DNA of 44,768 nt from an archaeon (GTDB lineage: Archaea; Iainarchaeota; Iainarchaeia; Iainarchaeales; GW2011-AR10). The notes beneath the pieces were generated by a model. The model saw only the letters and a list, made by a program, of their open reading frames with translations, searched no databases and had not been told where the DNA came from. This document shows, piece by piece, positions 40,861 to 44,768 of the stretch (the stretch's first letter is position 1; the number at the start of each line of letters is the position of its first letter). Position numbers and translations under genes: made by a program. Location of the stretch: NCBI GenBank assembly GCA_030651515.1, contig JAUSEO010000026.1, forward strand, positions 1-44,768, written 5' to 3'.

Positions 40861-43266
40861 ATGGAAAACAAGTTTCTGGAAAGCGAGAAAAAGTGGCAGG
40901 AATTCTGGGAAAAAAACAATGTTTACCGTTTTGACGAAAGCTCGAAAAAACCGGTTTTCCCGATTGACACCCCGCCGCCTACTGTGAGCGGGCGGATGCA
41001 CCTGGGGCACGCGTTTTCCTACACGCAGGCAGACGCCGTGGCACGGTTTAAGAGGATGCGGGGCTTTAACGTTTTCTACCCGTTTGGGTTTGACGACAAC
41101 GGCCTTGCAACGGAAAGAATGGTTGAAAAGAACCGCAAAATCCAGGCCAAAAATTTTTCACGAAAAGAATTTGTACAGATTTGCCTGGATGAAACAAGGG
41201 GCGCGGAAAAACTCCTGGAAAGCGATTTCCGCGCGGTCGGGCTGAGCGTGGACTGGTCAAGGCTTTACCGGACTATTTCCCAGGAGTCCCAAAGGACTGC
41301 GCAATTGTCTTTCATCGAAATTTTTGAGTCAGGCAGGGCTTACCGCAAAGAGGCGCCGACAATGTGGTGCCCAAAGTGCGAGACTGCAATCGCCCAGGCT
41401 GAGCTTGAGGACGAGGAAAAAAACTCGAAACTTTTTTTTGTCTCACTGGACATCGAAGGCAGTGGGCAAATAACCATTGCAACCACGCGCCCGGAAATGA
41501 TGCCAGCGTGCGTGGGAATACACGTCAACCCGCAGGACAAAAGGTACAAAGGTTTGGTTGGAAAAAAAGTTTCACTGCCGTTTTTTGAAAGAAAAGTTCC
41601 AATCATCGCAAACCCGGACGTCAAAATGGATTTTGGAACCGGCGCTGTTTACCACTGCACTTTTGGGGGGCAGCAGGACGTTGAGTGGGCCCTTGCATTC
41701 AATGCCCCGTTAATTGAAATAATTGGAAAGAATGGAAGGCTGAACCAGAAGGCAGGGCAGTTCTCTGGGCTCAATGTCTTGGATGCACGCAAAAAAATTG
41801 TCGAGGAACTGCAAAAGATGTCGCGCATACAAAAAACAGAGGACATCGTGAACGTGACAAACGTGCATGAAAGATGCAAGACCCCAATAGAGATTCTGAC
41901 TTCACGGCAGTGGTTTGTAAAGTACCTGGATTTGAAAAGCAAGTTCATTGAACAGGCGCGGAAAATAAACTGGGCGCCACTCCACATGCGCTCACGCATG
42001 GAAAACTGGGTAAACGGCCTAAAATGGGACTGGAATATTTCAAGGCAGCGCTACTTTGGCGTGGCTTTTCCAGCGTGGTACTGCAAAAAGTGCGGGGAGA
42101 CAATCCTTGCGGAGAGGAAAAACCTGCCGGTTGACCCGCTCAAAGACTTGCCTCCGAAAAAATGCAGGTGCGGCTCAAACGAGTTTGAAGGGGAAAAGGA
42201 CGTGTTTGACACGTGGTTCACGTCTTCATTGACTCCGCAGATTGCTTTGCGTTGGAGAGAGGATGAAAAATTCTTCAAAAAAAATTTTCCCATGGGGCTT
42301 AGGGTACAGGCGCATGACATAATCAACTTGTGGGCTTTTTACACGATTGTAAAAGCATTCCTGCATGAGAAAAACGTGCCGTGGAAAAACATCATGATTT
42401 CTGGCCACGCACTTGACCCGGCGGGGCGGAAAATGTCAAAGAGCCTTGGGAACACCATTGAGCCTTTGGCAATGGTTGAAAAGTACTCGGCTGACATGCT
42501 GCGCTACTGGGCGCTGAGTGCAACGCTTGGGGATGACTTGGCGTTCCAGGAAAAAGATTTGGTTGCCGGGAAAAAGTTTTTGACAAAGCTTTCAAACGCT
42601 GCGCGGTTCGTGGCTGAATCCGGCAAGGAATTTAGCCTTTCACAGGATTTGGGAAAAGCAAAATTGAGGACAAATGACAAGTGGATTCTTTCACGGTTAA
42701 ATGAAACAATGGCCGATGCCACGAACAGCCTTGAAGAGTTCGAGTTTTCAAAGGCGCTTGCCGCAGTGAGGAATTTTTTCTGGCTCGAGTTTGCAGACCA
42801 TTACCTTGAACAGGCGAAGTACAGGGTGTATGGTTCGGATAAAGAATCCAAAACGGCCGCCCTGCTTGTCTTGAACACGGTCATGTTTGACGTGCTGAAA
42901 CTCTTGTCCCCGTTCATCCCGCATACAACTGAAGAAATTGCACAAACACATTTTCCAGGAATGCTTTCTGCAAAAAGCATTCACCTTGAAAATTGGCCGG
43001 TGGAAAGAAAGGCAGTGATGGATGAATTGGCAAAGAAAAACGGTGAACTTCTTGCATTAGTCGTGTCAGCGGTGAGGAAAGAAAAAACAGCCAAACAGGT
43101 TGCAATGAATAAAGAAGTAGCCAAGATAACCATTTTTGGGCCGTTAGAGCTTGAAAGCGTGCTTGAAGAAGTAAAGCAGACAATGAACGCAAAAGAGGTT
43201 GTGCTGGCAAAAGGAAAAGGCAGCATAGAGGTGGCAGAAGGCGTGTCACTGGAAATCGGGTTTTAG
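40861..43266 (+). CDS. valS: Valyl-tRNA synthetase
   Basis: IDTPPPTVSGRMHLGHAFSY (HIGH region), KMSKSLGN, 801 aa. Confidence 0.9.
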   Translation: MENKFLESEKKWQEFWEKNNVYRFDESSKKPVFPIDTPPPTVSGRMHLGHAFSYTQADAVARFKRMRGFNVFYPFGFDDNGLATERMVEKNRKIQAKNFSRKEFVQICLDETRGAEKLLESDFRAVGLSVDWSRLYRTISQESQRTAQLSFIEIFESGRAYRKEAPTMWCPKCETAIAQAELEDEEKNSKLFFVSLDIEGSGQITIATTRPEMMPACVGIHVNPQDKRYKGLVGKKVSLPFFERKVPIIANPDVKMDFGTGAVYHCTFGGQQDVEWALAFNAPLIEIIGKNGRLNQKAGQFSGLNVLDARKKIVEELQKMSRIQKTEDIVNVTNVHERCKTPIEILTSRQWFVKYLDLKSKFIEQARKINWAPLHMRSRMENWVNGLKWDWNISRQRYFGVAFPAWYCKKCGETILAERKNLPVDPLKDLPPKKCRCGSNEFEGEKDVFDTWFTSSLTPQIALRWREDEKFFKKNFPMGLRVQAHDIINLWAFYTIVKAFLHEKNVPWKNIMISGHALDPAGRKMSKSLGNTIEPLAMVEKYSADMLRYWALSATLGDDLAFQEKDLVAGKKFLTKLSNAARFVAESGKEFSLSQDLGKAKLRTNDKWILSRLNETMADATNSLEEFEFSKALAAVRNFFWLEFADHYLEQAKYRVYGSDKESKTAALLVLNTVMFDVLKLLSPFIPHTTEEIAQTHFPGMLSAKSIHLENWPVERKAVMDELAKKNGELLALVVSAVRKEKTAKQVAMNKEVAKITIFGPLELESVLEEVKQTMNAKEVVLAKGKGSIEVAEGVSLEIGF

Positions 43267-43327
43267 GAAGCTTTAAAAGGTAAAAAAACAAATTTGATTA
43301 GTAAAAAGCTTGGAATGGTTTTGTTTT

Positions 43328-43882
43328 ATGAAAAAGGCAATGGTTGCTTTGGCTCTTGTGGCAGTGGTTGTCTTTTTCCTTGCATTGAATGCTTTTGGTG
43401 GAAGCTTTGAACAGGGGCTTTCTGAGATACGGGCTTCAGAGCAAAAAAATGGTGTAACTGAAGGTTTTTTGGTCCCTGCAGACAAAAGGAGCCTTGAGGA
43501 ATATAAAAACGACCTCGTGTTCCTGAAAAGAAAATTCAGTTCTTCACCTGCACTGGCAGAGCTTATCGGTGTAAAGCTTGGGCTCGTTGAAACGGAAGAA
43601 AAACTGTTTTTTTTGGCGGATGAGTTTGGAAAAATAAACAAGCTTTCACCCAGCTGTGCACCGGGTGGAGAGGTTGAAATGCTCAAGAACAAGGCAACTG
43701 AAGTGAAGAAGAGTTTTAACAGCGTGCTTGCAAAAAGGAATTCTTTTGTCAAAAGCTTTCCGGTTGAATCTTCAAAAACCACAGAGGTCTCTGCAGAGGC
43801 TTTCCAGTCAACCGTGCAGGGTGCAAACAGGGGCGTTGACAGGATAGTCGAGATTCTTGACAACCAGTGCATGTTTAACTGA
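43328..43882 (+). CDS. Secreted/anchored hypothetical protein
   Basis: MKKAMVALALVAVVVFFLALNAFG signal/anchor followed by a helical body. Confidence 0.5.
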   Translation: MKKAMVALALVAVVVFFLALNAFGGSFEQGLSEIRASEQKNGVTEGFLVPADKRSLEEYKNDLVFLKRKFSSSPALAELIGVKLGLVETEEKLFFLADEFGKINKLSPSCAPGGEVEMLKNKATEVKKSFNSVLAKRNSFVKSFPVESSKTTEVSAEAFQSTVQGANRGVDRIVEILDNQCMFN

Positions 43883-43909
43883 TTGGTTTCACATTAGGGG
43901 GGATTTGTT

Positions 43910-44512
43910 TTGAAACTTTTGTTCCAGGGTGCAGAGGCAAGTGTTTTTGAAACAAGTTTTTTTGGCGAAAAGTGCGTGCTCAAAAAAAGAGAAAGCAAAG
44001 CCTACCGCGTGAAATGGCTTGACGAAAAAATAATTGCCGGGCGTACACGGCAGGAATGCCAGTTGTTGTCAAAGGCAAAAAGCGCCCAGGTAAGAGTGCC
44101 TGCAATTATTTTTGTGGACAAAAAAAAGGGGGAAATTTTTTTAGAGCACATCGGTGGAAAAACCGCAAAGAATCTGCCTGCAAAAGAGCTTGAAAAAATC
44201 TGTGCACTGATTGGCAAAAACGTTGCAAAACTGCATGATGCAGGAATGATTCACGGCGACCTTACTACCGCAAACATTGCTGAAGAAAAAAACGGGCTTG
44301 TTTTCCTTGATTTTGGGCTTGGTTTTTTTTCAGACAAAATAGAGGACAAGGCAACAGACCTCTTGGTGCTCAAAAAAACTTTTGCTGCCACGCACCACAA
44401 AGCAAAAAACGCGTGGAAAAAAACAACTGAAAGCTACATAATGAATTCTTTGAAGGGCTGGCAAGTGATTGGGCACATAACTGAAATCGAAAAACGGGCA
44501 AGGTACTCTTAG
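43910..44512 (+). CDS. bud32: KEOPS kinase Bud32
   Basis: LFQGAEASVFETSFFGEKCVLKKR...GMIHGDLTTANI...FLDFGLGFFS. TTG start preceded by AGGGGGGA. Confidence 0.85.
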   Translation: MKLLFQGAEASVFETSFFGEKCVLKKRESKAYRVKWLDEKIIAGRTRQECQLLSKAKSAQVRVPAIIFVDKKKGEIFLEHIGGKTAKNLPAKELEKICALIGKNVAKLHDAGMIHGDLTTANIAEEKNGLVFLDFGLGFFSDKIEDKATDLLVLKKTFAATHHKAKNAWKKTTESYIMNSLKGWQVIGHITEIEKRARYS

Positions 44513-44515
44513 GCC

Positions 44516-44557
44516 ACCCCCAGGGAACATTTTTATTCCTTTGCAGGGGAGTTTTTT
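44516..44557 (+). terminator. Imperfect hairpin plus T6 after bud32
   Basis: CCCCAGGGAA..TTCCTTTGCAGGGG is followed by AGTTTTTTG. Confidence 0.35.
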
Positions 44558-44593
44558 GTATAACTTTTTAGTTGTTTTTTGGCTTTTCCTGCT

Positions 44594-44629
44594 CGGTACA
44601 AACCGGCTGGGTTTGCCAGTCGGTAATAC
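44594..44629 (-). repeat. Partial structured element (copy F), head-to-head with copy D
   Basis: The + strand reads GGTACAAA-CCGGCTGGgtttgCCAGTCGG-TAATAC. It forms the palindrome CGGTAATAC-A-GTATTACCG with the start of copy D. Confidence 0.5.
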
Positions 44630-44630
44630 A

Positions 44631-44688
44631 GTATTACCGCCCTTTCGCAGAAAGGGCACATACTGCGTTGCGGACCCTGCACGGGTTC
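44631..44688 (+). repeat. Structured intergenic element, copy D (short form, diverged)
   Basis: GTATTACCGCC-CTTTCGCAGAAAG-GGCACATACTGCGTTGC-GGACCCTGCACGGGTTC. Confidence 0.8.
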
Positions 44689-44768
44689 TTGGACTGGAAA
44701 GGCGAAAAAAGCATTCAAAAATAAGGTGTTTTTTTTGGCAAAATCCGTGGAAAAAAAAGAGGAAAAAG

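Noticed and set aside
44330-44659. Minus-strand 109-aa ORF spanning the bud32 3' end and the intergenic repeat.
   Set aside because: It overlaps a confidently identified bud32 and the noncoding structured element. The translation has no features.

Overview
This is an archaeal chromosome segment, probably from a small-genome, DPANN-like lineage; that placement is an inference from gene content. Almost all genes are on the + strand. The backbone is a chain of conserved information-processing clusters:
- rpl32e-rpl19e-rpl18-rps5-rpl30-rpl15-secY
- DUF106 insertase-rpl34e-rpl14e-rps13-rps4-rps11-rpoD
- an intron-containing tRNA-Leu(UAA), then rpl18e-rpl13-rps9-rpoN-rps2
- trmB-like regulator and gltX
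- rpl7ae-rps28e-rpl24e-ndk-dut-aIF5B-rps6e-aIF2gamma-PIN-rpo7-spt4-rps24e-rps27ae
- sua5, kae1 and bud32 (t6A/KEOPS)
- grpE-dnaK-dnaJ and valS

Several stretches that look more A+T-rich by eye (not computed) interrupt this backbone:
1. 10.5-13.1 kb: a three-gene secreted/membrane cassette.
2. 29.5-32.0 kb: a 1010-bp IS with inverted repeats and a 5-bp target duplication, plus a paralogous copy of the first two cassette genes.
3. 33.7-35.3 kb: a translationally coupled PRTase-like + DprA-like pair behind a tandemly repeated TATA-like promoter.
4. 39.5-40.8 kb: an unknown gene plus a mazEF-like pair.

A surface-protein cluster with an M64-like metalloprotease lies at 15.8-21.2 kb.

The most unusual signal is a family of short structured intergenic elements, with 5 clear copies and 1 partial copy. 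Their flanks are conserved and their hairpins show compensatory changes. One copy sits inside the tRNA-Leu intron. Another is bracketed by a 23-nt duplication of the secY 3' end. Two copies double as terminator/promoter cassettes.

All alignments and folds were done by eye. No database search or computation was possible.
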